Shown here: piece after piece, positions 8,747-17,897 of the stretch | How the letters are laid out: every line of letters begins with the position of its first letter | Numbering within the stretch: the first letter of the stretch is position 1 | NCBI GenBank assembly: GCA_039803205.1 | Contig: JBDRYB010000020.1 | Coordinates: forward strand, 1 to 34,009 | DNA length: 34,009 nt | Source of the DNA: a candidate division WOR-3 bacterium | Lineage (GTDB): Bacteria; Hydrothermota; Hydrothermia; JBDRYB01 | Direction of reading: 5' to 3' | Notes under the pieces: model-generated | What the model saw: only the letters and a program-made list of their open reading frames with translations | Told to the model about the DNA's origin: nothing | Databases searched by the model: none | Program-made: the position numbers and the translations under genes

Positions 8747-9922
8747 GTGATTGAGGTCCTAAAGTTCGGTCACTCGGTCCTCCATGATACGGATGATCTG
8801 CCACGGGTTGCTGGCGCGATAAGGGCCAAGATTGAGGCTGGAGTGAGGCCTGTCGTGGTTGTCTCGGCCATGGGGGACCAGACGGATTATCTCCTGTCCC
8901 TCGCGAGGAAGGTCTCGGCCGGTTCAGAAAACCCTCGCGTGCGCAGGGAGACGGACATGCTCCTCACAGCGGGGGAGCGCATATCCATGACCCTGCTCTC
9001 GATCGCGCTTAACGAGATGGGGGTCCCGGCACAGAGCTTCACGGGTTCACAGGTTGGAATACTCACGGATGAGAACTTTGGCAGGGCGAGGATAAAGGAG
9101 GTCAAGCTCTTCCGTATAACCGAAGCTATAAAGGACGGGATCGTTCCCGTTGTCGCGGGATTTCAGGGGGTCTCGGTAAGCAGGGAGGTCACGACCCTCG
9201 GCAGAGGAGGATCAGACCTCACGGCAGTGGCCATAGCTACGAGCCTCGGCCCCGATGTCCCAGTGAAGTTTTACAAGGATGTGGGTTGGGTTTATGCTTT
9301 GAACCCTAAGCGCCATCCGGGCGCGAGGAGGTTGAGAATGCTTTCTTACGAGGAGGCCTTGGAGCTCACATGCTTTGGCTCCGAGGTCGTCCACACGAGA
9401 GCGCTTGCCCTCGCGGCTCGGAGGAAAACGAGGTTGGAGGTTAGAGGATTGGAAAAAGAGGAAGGAACCGAGATAACCGGAGGCCTTGAGGCACCTGGAG
9501 TTAAAGCAATAATCCTGGCGCCCGTGGCCTCTCTGATCATCAGAAACATACCTGAGGGGACGGATTTTGAGACGCGCCTTCTCGCCAGGTTCGCCGAGGA
9601 AGCTATAGGGGTTCTCCTACTCACCAAGACTGACAGGGAGATGAGCATCGCTGTCCCGGCGAAGGACGCTGATAGGGCAACGGCTCTGGTGGATAAAGAT
9701 GTAGGCCTTGAGCTCATCCCGGGCAGAACCCTCCTCTCTATCATTGGCTACGGCATAGGTTCTGATCCAGGGGTCCTGAAGGAGGCAACAGCCTCTCTCA
9801 GGAATGTCAAGGTCTACGCTATGGCTACCTCGGATCTCAGGTTATCGTTTCTCCTGAACACAGCCGAGGCCCCGAAGGTTGAGGCTGAACTCGCTGAGCG
9901 TTTTGGGCTCATGGAGGGCTGA
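8747..9922 (+). CDS. lysC: Aspartate kinase-like protein (divergent motifs, ACT-like C-terminus)
   Basis: VVVVSAMG, LLTAGERIS, VVAGFQG and TTLGRGGSDLTA are conserved; KFGG reads KFGH and TDVDG reads KDVGW. Confidence 0.8.
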   Translation: MIEVLKFGHSVLHDTDDLPRVAGAIRAKIEAGVRPVVVVSAMGDQTDYLLSLARKVSAGSENPRVRRETDMLLTAGERISMTLLSIALNEMGVPAQSFTGSQVGILTDENFGRARIKEVKLFRITEAIKDGIVPVVAGFQGVSVSREVTTLGRGGSDLTAVAIATSLGPDVPVKFYKDVGWVYALNPKRHPGARRLRMLSYEEALELTCFGSEVVHTRALALAARRKTRLEVRGLEKEEGTEITGGLEAPGVKAIILAPVASLIIRNIPEGTDFETRLLARFAEEAIGVLLLTKTDREMSIAVPAKDADRATALVDKDVGLELIPGRTLLSIIGYGIGSDPGVLKEATASLRNVKVYAMATSDLRLSFLLNTAEAPKVEAELAERFGLMEG

Positions 9923-9923
9923 T

Positions 9924-10199
9924 ATGAAGATAAACATTACATGTCCGCATTGCGGCTGTTCAATATGGGCCGATCTAGAAGAGGCAGAGGGGCTCATTTG
10001 TCCCGAATGCGGCGAACCCCTCCCATACTATGGATATTACGCTACACAAAGGGCAGAAGGCCTTGAGGATGAGAGTGAGCTAATTGATGAGGGGTTCGAC
10101 GAGGTCCTCTCGGACAGCGAATACGATGATGAGCTCTGGGATGAGGTTGAAGACTGGGAAGGCGAGTATTATGATGACGAATCCGAGGAGGAGTTTTGA
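9924..10199 (+). CDS. Small zinc-ribbon protein with highly acidic C-terminal tail
   Basis: GGAGG SD, ATG 1 nt after the lysC stop; CPHC..CPEC; D/E-rich tail; 91 aa. Confidence 0.8.
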   Translation: MKINITCPHCGCSIWADLEEAEGLICPECGEPLPYYGYYATQRAEGLEDESELIDEGFDEVLSDSEYDDELWDEVEDWEGEYYDDESEEEF

Positions 10200-10561
10200 G
10201 GAACATAACGGATGTGATTCTCCTGGTTGTGGATATACTCATGGTGGTCGCTGGCCAGTTTCTGATAAAGCATGGGGTCGGCCAGGTTGGAAAGTTCGGG
10301 GAAATGGGCGTGGCCAAGTTCATTTTGGGAGCCCTCATCAACATTCATGTGATAACGGGTATAGGGCTTTATGCTCTGAGCGCAATAGTTTGGCTCGCCC
10401 TCCTGTCCAGGGTTGAGCTCTCAGTTGCTTATCCCATGCTATCTTTGGGCTATGTGCTTATTGTGCTGGTCGCGTGGCTTTTCCTCCACGAACCCATGAC
10501 AATCTGGAAAGCGATTGGCGTAATACTCATCGCGATAGGGGTTTGGCTGGTGAACAGGTAG
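10196..10561 (+). CDS. SMR/EamA-type 4-TM transporter (ArnE/ArnF-like)
   Basis: GQFLIK, WLALLSRVELSVAYPMLSLGYV, FLHEPMT..GVILIAIGV; TTGA overlap with the upstream gene. Confidence 0.85.
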   Translation: MRNITDVILLVVDILMVVAGQFLIKHGVGQVGKFGEMGVAKFILGALINIHVITGIGLYALSAIVWLALLSRVELSVAYPMLSLGYVLIVLVAWLFLHEPMTIWKAIGVILIAIGVWLVNR

Positions 10562-10578
10562 GGCCCAGAACAGAGGCT

Positions 10579-10806
10579 CTATGAGCCGATTCCAGTTGCC
10601 CAATCCACGGCCTTGTCCATGGCCTCGGAATCGTCCTCAGCCTCTATGACGGTCATGGCCTTTATTGTCCAAGAGTGAAGGAAGAAAAACCATCTCTGCC
10701 TGTGAAAGAGTCTAACCCTGTATCTGCCGGGGCCGTAGCGTTCTATTACCAACCTCTTTGATCCAGCGAAATCATAGATAACCTTTCTATAATCATCAAG
10801 CGACAT
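10579..10806 (-). CDS. Hypothetical protein (75 aa)
   Basis: ATG 10806 lies 6 nt after a TATAAT; fills the gap between convergent genes; no recognisable family. Confidence 0.55.
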   Translation of the reverse strand: MSLDDYRKVIYDFAGSKRLVIERYGPGRYRVRLFHRQRWFFFLHSWTIKAMTVIEAEDDSEAMDKAVDWATGIGS

Positions 10807-10813
10807 AACTAAA

Positions 10814-11386
10814 TTATAATGGATAATCCTGGATCTTTGCACCGAGACGCTTTCCGACGCTTGAAACCAGGAAAGCGGCCAGGGCGGCCTTTATTGCGTC
10901 TCCAGGAATGAAGGGCAGAACGCCAGCCTTTATCGGATCAGGGACAAATGCCGAAAGCCACAGGGCTCCCACGAGGTATATCAACAGGTTGGCAAGAACC
11001 ATGGCGCAGAAAGCCGGGAAAGGGTTCCTCATCCAAGCTTTCTCAGCCAGAAAACCGACCAGGGCCGCGGCTGCCGGAAAAGACATCAAATAGCCCCCGG
11101 TAGGGCCCAAAACCCAGCCAGGGCCAGCGCCTCCGAGCGCAAAAACGGGAACGCCGGAAACGCCGGCGGCAAGGTAAACCATCACACAGAGAAATCCCTT
11201 TCTGGAACCCAGAGCCGCGCCAATGAGGAGGACGCCAAGGGTCTGGCCCGTGATGGGGACTGGGCTAAAAGGCAGGGGCACAGAGAGCCTTGAGAGGGCC
11301 GCTATCAATCCAGCGCCCAGTAATATTGATAAAGGATCAAACCAGAGGGCTTCTCTGATCCCCCTTCTCAGAGCGAGCTCAAGCAT
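10814..11386 (-). CDS. bioY: Biotin transporter BioY
   Basis: PFSPVPITGQT, G-PVFA, GPTGGYLMSF, PFIPGDAIK; start at ATG 11386, 6 nt after TATAAT. Confidence 0.92.
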   Translation of the reverse strand: MLELALRRGIREALWFDPLSILLGAGLIAALSRLSVPLPFSPVPITGQTLGVLLIGAALGSRKGFLCVMVYLAAGVSGVPVFALGGAGPGWVLGPTGGYLMSFPAAAALVGFLAEKAWMRNPFPAFCAMVLANLLIYLVGALWLSAFVPDPIKAGVLPFIPGDAIKAALAAFLVSSVGKRLGAKIQDYPL

Positions 11387-11411
11387 GGGCAAATTATAAA
11401 CCCAAAGGCAG

Positions 11412-11441
11412 TTGATTTTCCCCGAGCAGCTGGCATATACT
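11412..11441 (+). promoter_or_regulatory. Promoter TTGATT-N18-TATACT
   Basis: ATG 11448 lies 6 nt downstream with no SD; divergent from the bioY promoter. Confidence 0.65.
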
Positions 11442-11447
11442 ATGTCC

Positions 11448-11849
11448 ATGAGGCGATTGCTTCTTTTGATTTTCGTTGGGGTGGCTTGCGAGCCACTGAC
11501 AGAGGAGTCGTCCGTGGAAGAGAATGATATCTATCACGGCAGGCTCACCATTGCATCAGGGAACTATGAGGCCATACGATTCACGCCACAGTCCGGAGAC
11601 AGCATCCTCGGAGGAGCGAGGCGAAACTCTGGCTCAGCGTTCACCTTCTTCTGGGCGACCGAATCCGAATACAACGAATGGGTATCCTCGGGAGACAAGA
11701 ACGGCCTGAACGACTACTCTGAGAATGTCTCATCGGTAAATGTGGCTGGGTCCATAACCTCTGGGGGCAATTACTATGTCGTCTTCTCAGCCACAGGGGG
11801 CCAAACGAACCTGGATGTCAGGTTCAAGACAAGGAGATGGAAGGAATGA
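11448..11849 (+). CDS. Putative lipoprotein with a beta-sandwich (GOLD/PPC-like) domain
   Basis: Lipobox MRRLLLLIFVGVA-C; GNYYVVFS strand; ATGA overlap with the protease gene. Confidence 0.75.
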   Translation: MRRLLLLIFVGVACEPLTEESSVEENDIYHGRLTIASGNYEAIRFTPQSGDSILGGARRNSGSAFTFFWATESEYNEWVSSGDKNGLNDYSENVSSVNVAGSITSGGNYYVVFSATGGQTNLDVRFKTRRWKE

Positions 11850-13360
11850 ACCCGATAATTCTCATAATAGCTTTGTCCGGGAGGCCCGCTCCTCAACCGG
11901 TCTCCTGGGGCCGGGTTGAGGAGAGGATGAGGGCCGCGGCCTCAGAGCCCATAACCCTTGACACGACCTACGCGCTCAGGAACCTTGATAACCCGGATTA
12001 CTGGCGGGACGCTGTTCCGGGCCGTTTCATACTGAGATACAGGCACGGTGCTGATCCCAATTTGATAGCCGATGAGATGTCCGCCTTCGGAGCCAGGGTA
12101 GTGAAGAGGAGCAGGACCGGGGCTGACTTCGTGGTTGTGGAGATAAGCGACCCATCCAGGGAGACAGGATGCGATTTCATCCGGCAGGCCTACGCTCATC
12201 CAGATGTTCTCTGGGCAGAGCCCCTCTTCAGGGCAAGGGCCTTCTTTACCCCGAACGACCCTTATTGGACAGATCAGTGGGGACCCTATGTGATGTATAT
12301 GGACCTAGCGTGGGATGTGAGCCAGGGTTCAAAGAGCATCGTTGTCGCCATAGTTGATCAAGGAGTTGATTATACCCATCCTGACCTTGCGGCCAACTTC
12401 GGCTCTGACAAGGGCTATGATTTCGTTGATGAGGACGAGGACCCGTATCCGGATGACCTGTATTACGAGTCTCACGGAACCCATGTCTCAGGCACTGTTG
12501 CAGGGGTTCTCAATAATGGCGTTGGGGTCTCAGGCATGGCAAACATAACCCTCCTTTCCGCGCGCTGTCTAGATGAGACGGGCTCAGGCACATACGAGGA
12601 CATCGTAGATGGGATAAGGTGGTGCGCTGATCAGGGCGTTCGGGTCATATCCATGAGCCTCGGGGGTTCCTCAGGCTCAACCACCCTTGAGGAGGCAATA
12701 AACTACGCGTATGACACGATGGGCGTTCTCCTCGTCGCGGCCTCCGGAAACGACGGGATGGGGACGGTTTCCTATCCAGCGGCTTATACCCCTTGCATCG
12801 CTGTTGGCGCGCTGGATACCACGGGAGACAAGGCTTACTTCTCCAACTATGGCTACGCGCTTGATGTGATGGCCCCAGGGGTCGGCGTTGTCTCAACTGT
12901 TCCGGGTTCCGCATACGAGTTCTACGATGGCACATCCATGGCAACCCCCCATGTCTCAGGGCTCTCGGCCCTCATCTTCTCGGTCAACTCATCACTGACA
13001 AACAAGGAAGCCAGGGCCATAATTGAGGGAACATGCATAGACATGGGCCAGGACGGCTGGGACATGTTCACGGGCTACGGCCTCGTTGATGGCCACGCCG
13101 CGGTTATAGTGGCGCAATCATATGGCGTCGCGGCCCTCGCTCCGGAGAGGCTAATCCTGAGACAGAACCCAGCGAAGGGAAGTGTCAGCTTCATCGTTCC
13201 TTTCCCTGAGCCCGGCGCATCCATAGCCATATACGACATATCCGGAAGGCTAATGGACAGGGTTCCAGTGGTCCAAATGATGGCTTCCTGGTCAGCCCCT
13301 GGGCCAGGGGCCTATTTCGCTACCTGTGGCACGAGGAGGGCTAGGTTTATCGTTGAATAA
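11846..13360 (+). CDS. S8 subtilisin/thermitase-like serine protease with T9SS type-A-like C-terminal domain
   Basis: Triad VAIVDQG / SHGTHVSG / GTSMATP, oxyanion ASGN; tail QNP..IYDISGRL..GAYF..RFIVE. Confidence 0.93.
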   Translation: MNPIILIIALSGRPAPQPVSWGRVEERMRAAASEPITLDTTYALRNLDNPDYWRDAVPGRFILRYRHGADPNLIADEMSAFGARVVKRSRTGADFVVVEISDPSRETGCDFIRQAYAHPDVLWAEPLFRARAFFTPNDPYWTDQWGPYVMYMDLAWDVSQGSKSIVVAIVDQGVDYTHPDLAANFGSDKGYDFVDEDEDPYPDDLYYESHGTHVSGTVAGVLNNGVGVSGMANITLLSARCLDETGSGTYEDIVDGIRWCADQGVRVISMSLGGSSGSTTLEEAINYAYDTMGVLLVAASGNDGMGTVSYPAAYTPCIAVGALDTTGDKAYFSNYGYALDVMAPGVGVVSTVPGSAYEFYDGTSMATPHVSGLSALIFSVNSSLTNKEARAIIEGTCIDMGQDGWDMFTGYGLVDGHAAVIVAQSYGVAALAPERLILRQNPAKGSVSFIVPFPEPGASIAIYDISGRLMDRVPVVQMMASWSAPGPGAYFATCGTRRARFIVE

Positions 13361-13375
13361 AAGGAGGTTTTTGAG

Positions 13376-14350
13376 ATGGCGGTTCTAGTGCTCCTTATCA
13401 GTCAGGCCCCATCCTCTTATCTGGGTTTTGCTCTCGGCAACTGGTATTACTACGAGGGCATTTTCAGGGATTCGCTTGCTGGTGACCCAATGAAGGACTA
13501 CGATCTATACGACACCACGAAGATACTTGAGGAGTTCACATACAATGGCCACCATGCCCTTTCGGTCTATGTGAAGGATTCCGCTCATTCGGATACCTGG
13601 GGGGATACCCTCATGATCAAGGGGGACACGGTCTACGATTCAATACCCTGGCTCATGCTCCTAACGGATATAGGCGGAGCCACAACGGTCACCCTCCGCG
13701 CTTACAAGATCCCGTTCACAGTGGGCGAATCCTGGTCAACAGGCCTTGCTGGCAAATACGCTTGGGACATAGACGGGGACCTTACCCCTGATACGGTTAT
13801 CGTGAGGGTGGATTCGGCCTATGTCCAGGCTCAAGAGGTCAAGGTCGTGCCAGCTGGCAGTTTTAACTGCTTCAAGATCTATGTTAAGACGAGGGCATCG
13901 GTCACCTGGGTCTCTGGTTCTACTGATACGGGACAGATAAAGACTGACCGCTACGAATGGTGGTGCGTGGATACCGGCATGATCGCAGATACATCCTTCA
14001 CCCAATACATAGGCTACTATGGCAACATACCCATCCCCCTTTACTACGAGTGGAGAACCCACAATCTGGTTGATTACTATGTTGGGGTTGCGGAGAGCCC
14101 CAAAAGACCATCGGCCTTCAGCTTCACGGTCCAAAACACGGATAAGGGCGTGAGGTTCGTGTTTGGACTGCCAACCGAAGGCGAGGGAACCCTTTCGGTA
14201 TATGAGATATCCGGCAGGGAGGTGGAGTCCGTGGCTTTTAGCGGCGTGGCCGGCGAGAACTCAATTGCTTGGAGCGGAAAACCCGGCGTCTATTCCGCTG
14301 TGCTCAGGTTCCGTGGGAGGATGCTGAAGAGCGCTTTCGTGATCAGGTAG
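13376..14350 (+). CDS. Secreted protein with T9SS type-A-like C-terminal domain
   Basis: AAGGAGG SD; short signal; VPAGSFNCFKI motif; GVAE linker, VYEISGREV, KPGVY, AFVIR. Confidence 0.8.
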   Translation: MAVLVLLISQAPSSYLGFALGNWYYYEGIFRDSLAGDPMKDYDLYDTTKILEEFTYNGHHALSVYVKDSAHSDTWGDTLMIKGDTVYDSIPWLMLLTDIGGATTVTLRAYKIPFTVGESWSTGLAGKYAWDIDGDLTPDTVIVRVDSAYVQAQEVKVVPAGSFNCFKIYVKTRASVTWVSGSTDTGQIKTDRYEWWCVDTGMIADTSFTQYIGYYGNIPIPLYYEWRTHNLVDYYVGVAESPKRPSAFSFTVQNTDKGVRFVFGLPTEGEGTLSVYEISGREVESVAFSGVAGENSIAWSGKPGVYSAVLRFRGRMLKSAFVIR

Positions 14351-14351
14351 G

Positions 14352-15320
14352 CTATTCCTTGGTCACCCTGTAGATGAAGGTTTGACTTGAGCTCATGATG
14401 TAGCAGTAGTTGCCATCGTATACTATATCCCTCGCTGAGCCGTCCATCTTTGAGGACGAGGCCACCTCCCCAGGGCCATCCGGCCCCTCAACAACGGAGA
14501 TATACGACCTGCCCTCGCCTGTGACCTTAGCGGCCACATAAGCGTATTCCCCATCAAACCATGCGGCATAAGGGTCTCCTGAGGGCGGTTTGAATGTTGA
14601 GATGAGGCTCAGAGCAGAAGGGTTATCCGCTCTAACGAAAGCTATACCCTCAGGCCCCGATACCACAACCGTAGAGCCATACATGTGTATATCCTCGCCT
14701 GATACGAAAAGGGTTATGCTGTCAGCAAGGGTCGGACTACCTGGGGTCGTGACATCAACGGCCCAGAGCTTCTTGTCAAACGGCCCAGCGAGATAGACAT
14801 AGTTTCCCGACTTCCATATCTCCTGAACATCTCCCCCGAGGTTCAGGCTGGCTATCCTGGACATGGAGCCGGGGTTGGTGATATCGTAGACCCAGAGGCC
14901 GGAATCCCCGGCGGCAACATAGGCGTAGTTTCCGTCAACATAGATGCCCCAGAGGTCGCGAGTTATGACCCAACCTATTGGGACAGGGTTAGCGGGGTTA
15001 GCCACATCTATAGCGAATAACGCGCCTATGTTGGCGTTGTAGCCAACCGTGAATGCTGTGGTTCCTTTTACCGAGACATCCTGGAAGACCACATTCGCGT
15101 TCTCATACTTCCCCGCCTCATATGGTGCGGAAACACTTGAGACATCAACAACAGATAGCTTGCCGGAGGTTGCTATGTAGAGGTAATTGCCCTGATGAAC
15201 CAGGTGATTTCCCCCGAAACCGAGCCCTCCTTCCTGCTCAAGGGTCACGGGTGGCCCCTCCTCTCCTCCGCAACCCCAAAGCGCGATCGCCAAGAGAACA
15301 ATTCCCAGTATCCTTTTCAT
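14352..15320 (-). CDS. LVIVD-repeat beta-propeller lipoprotein
   Basis: Lipobox LWG-C; repeated GNYAYVA..GLWVYDITNP units. Confidence 0.88.
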   Translation of the reverse strand: MKRILGIVLLAIALWGCGGEEGPPVTLEQEGGLGFGGNHLVHQGNYLYIATSGKLSVVDVSSVSAPYEAGKYENANVVFQDVSVKGTTAFTVGYNANIGALFAIDVANPANPVPIGWVITRDLWGIYVDGNYAYVAAGDSGLWVYDITNPGSMSRIASLNLGGDVQEIWKSGNYVYLAGPFDKKLWAVDVTTPGSPTLADSITLFVSGEDIHMYGSTVVVSGPEGIAFVRADNPSALSLISTFKPPSGDPYAAWFDGEYAYVAAKVTGEGRSYISVVEGPDGPGEVASSSKMDGSARDIVYDGNYCYIMSSSQTFIYRVTKE

Positions 15321-15403
15321 GATACACGCTCCTTGTTCGCGTGAATATTATAATCCACCCACATGGGTTGATTAAACGATGGAATCGGAACCCCTTGGCT
15401 GGG

Positions 15404-16477
15404 TTAAATCTTGAACTCTACCCCTAGTTCCTCGCCTATCTTCTTGAGCTCCTCAACAGTTGGCTCGTCCAGGGGAACCTCTGTATTGTTCCGCTCCTCA
15501 GCTAGCCACTCCTTTTCCCCTGCTATCCAGATGCGCTCCGCTCCTTCCTGCTTCGGCGCGTTCTTGAGCATCTGGATAAAGCTGTCCATTCTGGCTTTGA
15601 ACTCATTCAGGTCAACGAAAGCGCTTGGGTCAAGGGCCGCAAGGAAATGGCAAACTCCCGGCGGCTTGCCTTTGGTGCCATAGACCTCTGTTCCCATGTA
15701 TCCCAGGCTCAGGGCTCCTGATAAGATGTCCAGGATGGCCGAGAAGTCGTATCCCTTATAACCAGCGCCTTCCTCGCCTGATCCGCCAAGAGGAGCGAGG
15801 CCTCCGCCTATCCGCTCAATCATGTTCTTCAGAACCCTCACGGGGTCAGATGTTGGAGCGCCTGTCTCATCCGTTGCCCATGAAAGCGGGATCTCTTTCT
15901 TCAGCCTGGCGTAAACCTCCAGCTTCCCCCTCGGAACTGTAGTGGTAGCCCCATCAAAGAAGAAGGGCCTTTCCTTCCCGCCGGGCACCGCAAAGGCAAC
16001 GGGGTTCGTCCCCAGTATCACGGTCCTTCCGAATGTAGGAACCATCAAGGGCGCTGAGTTGGTTATGGATATGCCTATGAGGTCCTTTTCGAGGGCCATC
16101 CTGGCGTAATAGCCCGCAATGCCATAGTGATTGGAGTTGCGTATGGAAGCCGCGGCCATCCCGGATTTCTTCGCTTTGTCTATGACCTTCTCCATTACCT
16201 TTTTCGCTATGACCTGGCCCAGGCCCGCGTTCCCGTCAACGAGAAGGGTCGTCGGGGTCTCTCTCAGGATCGTATAGGTGGCCTTCGGATCTATGGTCCC
16301 GGCCTGGATGTCCTTCACATAGCGTCCGAGCCTGGCAACCCCGTGGGAGGGTATGTCCCTCCTGTCAGATAGTATGAGCACATCAGCGGTTATCTCCGCG
16401 TGCTCGCGGGGCGTCCCAAGCTTCTCCAAAACAGCTATTACGAAATTCCTTAAAGGTTCTATGCCGACACGAGGCAT
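15404..16477 (-). CDS. Ldh_2-family (ComC/AllD/MDH-like) NAD(P)-dependent oxidoreductase
   Basis: SHGVARL, DGNAGLGQ, NSNHYG, GTNPVA, YKGY and IAGEKE motifs. Confidence 0.9.
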   Translation of the reverse strand: MPRVGIEPLRNFVIAVLEKLGTPREHAEITADVLILSDRRDIPSHGVARLGRYVKDIQAGTIDPKATYTILRETPTTLLVDGNAGLGQVIAKKVMEKVIDKAKKSGMAAASIRNSNHYGIAGYYARMALEKDLIGISITNSAPLMVPTFGRTVILGTNPVAFAVPGGKERPFFFDGATTTVPRGKLEVYARLKKEIPLSWATDETGAPTSDPVRVLKNMIERIGGGLAPLGGSGEEGAGYKGYDFSAILDILSGALSLGYMGTEVYGTKGKPPGVCHFLAALDPSAFVDLNEFKARMDSFIQMLKNAPKQEGAERIWIAGEKEWLAEERNNTEVPLDEPTVEELKKIGEELGVEFKI

Positions 16478-16497
16478 GTTTCCTCCGATAGGGATAA

Positions 16498-16527
16498 ATT
16501 ATAACGAACCGGTGAGGGTCGCTTCAA
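16498..16527 (-). promoter_or_regulatory. Promoter TTGAAG-N18-TATAAT
   Basis: Plus-strand attata at 16498-16503 and cttcaa at 16522-16527; GGAGG SD downstream. Confidence 0.65.
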
Positions 16528-16529
16528 AC

Positions 16530-17732
16530 CTACTTGCTTATGTGCTTATCCACCAGCTCAGCTATGGTCTTTCCTATGTTCAGAGAAGCTGTTGCCGCGG
16601 GGCTTGGGGCGTTCAGCACATTTATTACCCTCTCTGATTCCTGGATGACGAAGTCATCAACCATCTTGCCGTCGCGGGCTATTGCCTGGGCCCTCACACC
16701 AGCCGGCGCGGGAACGAGCATGTCTCCGGTTATATCAGGCACGAGCCTCTGAAGCGCCTTAACGAAAGCGGATTTCACGAATGATCGCCACATTTCACCA
16801 ATTCCTATCTTCATGTATTTCCCGGCTATCTTCCACAGGCCTGGATAGAAGACCGACTCGCAGAGATCCCTGACATTTATCTTGAGTTTCGTGTAACCCT
16901 CCCTCGCGAAGGCAAAGACAGCGTTCGGCCCACAGTCAACCCCGCCGTGGATCTTTCTCGTGAAATGAACGCCCAGGAACGGGAACTCCGGATTGGGGAC
17001 AGGGTAAATCAGGTTGTTGACCAGGTGCCAGTGCTCTGGCTTTATATCGTAATACTCGCCCCTGAATGGCACTATCTTGACCTGCGGATGCTCGCCTGCC
17101 ATCCTCGCTATCCTGTCCGAATGAAGCCCCGCGCAGTTGATCATGAGCTTCGCGGAGAAATCCCCAGCCTTGGTTATGAGCACCAGTTCACTTGAAGAGC
17201 GCCTTATTCCGGTGACCTTTGCCCTCGTCAAGACCTTGCCCCCGCGCTCCTCCGTGCGTTTCGCGAGCCTGTAGCAGACCTCTTTGAAGTCAATTATGCC
17301 CGTGTCCCGGACATGAAAGGCCGCGACCCCAGCGGCATGAGGCTCAAGCTCCTTTAGGCGCTCTATGGTTATCTTTTCGCAATCAACGCCGTTGGCCTTG
17401 GCCCTCTCGTAGATCATCTCCATGCTCGGGAGCTCCTCTTTGGTCACAGCGACCACGACCTTTCCGCAGAGCTCGTATTTTATGCCTTCCTCCTCGCAGA
17501 ACCTGAACATTAGCTCCCGACCCTGCCGGCAGTTTATGGCTTTGAGGGATCCGGGTTTGTAATACACGCCCGCGTGCAAAACACCAGAGTTGTGGCCTGT
17601 CTGGTGAGCCGCGAGCTCGGGCTCTTTCTCCAGAACAACAACCTTGAGCTCTGGCCTGCGCTGGGTTATCTGCCAGGCCGTAGCCAGGCCAACAATGCCT
17701 CCGCCAACAATGGCTACATCGGTCTTTTCCAT
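16530..17732 (-). CDS. lhgO: L-2-hydroxyglutarate oxidase
   Basis: GGGIVG, HQTGHNSGVLHAGVYYKPGSLKA, PFLGVHFT, AGVRAQA, NAPSPAATASL; AGGAGG SD before ATG 17732. Confidence 0.93.
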   Translation of the reverse strand: MEKTDVAIVGGGIVGLATAWQITQRRPELKVVVLEKEPELAAHQTGHNSGVLHAGVYYKPGSLKAINCRQGRELMFRFCEEEGIKYELCGKVVVAVTKEELPSMEMIYERAKANGVDCEKITIERLKELEPHAAGVAAFHVRDTGIIDFKEVCYRLAKRTEERGGKVLTRAKVTGIRRSSSELVLITKAGDFSAKLMINCAGLHSDRIARMAGEHPQVKIVPFRGEYYDIKPEHWHLVNNLIYPVPNPEFPFLGVHFTRKIHGGVDCGPNAVFAFAREGYTKLKINVRDLCESVFYPGLWKIAGKYMKIGIGEMWRSFVKSAFVKALQRLVPDITGDMLVPAPAGVRAQAIARDGKMVDDFVIQESERVINVLNAPSPAATASLNIGKTIAELVDKHISK

Positions 17733-17766
17733 CTCAAAACCTCCTAAAGAGAATAGATAGGTTGAT

Positions 17767-17796
17767 ATTATCATGCAAGGTAATGATTCCGGACAA
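17767..17796 (-). promoter_or_regulatory. Promoter TTGTCC-N18-GATAAT for lhgO
   Basis: Plus-strand attatc at 17767-17772 and ggacaa at 17791-17796. Confidence 0.55.
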
Positions 17797-17830
17797 TCTC
17801 TCAGCCGAGGGCCGGGGCTAGGGTGGAGCT

Positions 17831-17860
17831 TTGAGCCCCATAGCCCGCTTGGTTTATCAT
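17831..17860 (+). promoter_or_regulatory. Promoter TTGAGC-N18-TATCAT
   Basis: Upstream of AAAGGAG SD and ATG 17898. Confidence 0.55.
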
Positions 17861-17897
17861 TCTTCCCTGCTTATATAAACCGAAAGGAGCATCTGAG

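Noticed and set aside
9924..10199. Canonical lysW call
   Set aside because: It lacks the C-terminal EDWGE, is longer than LysW, and has no lysX/Y/Z/J/K neighbours.
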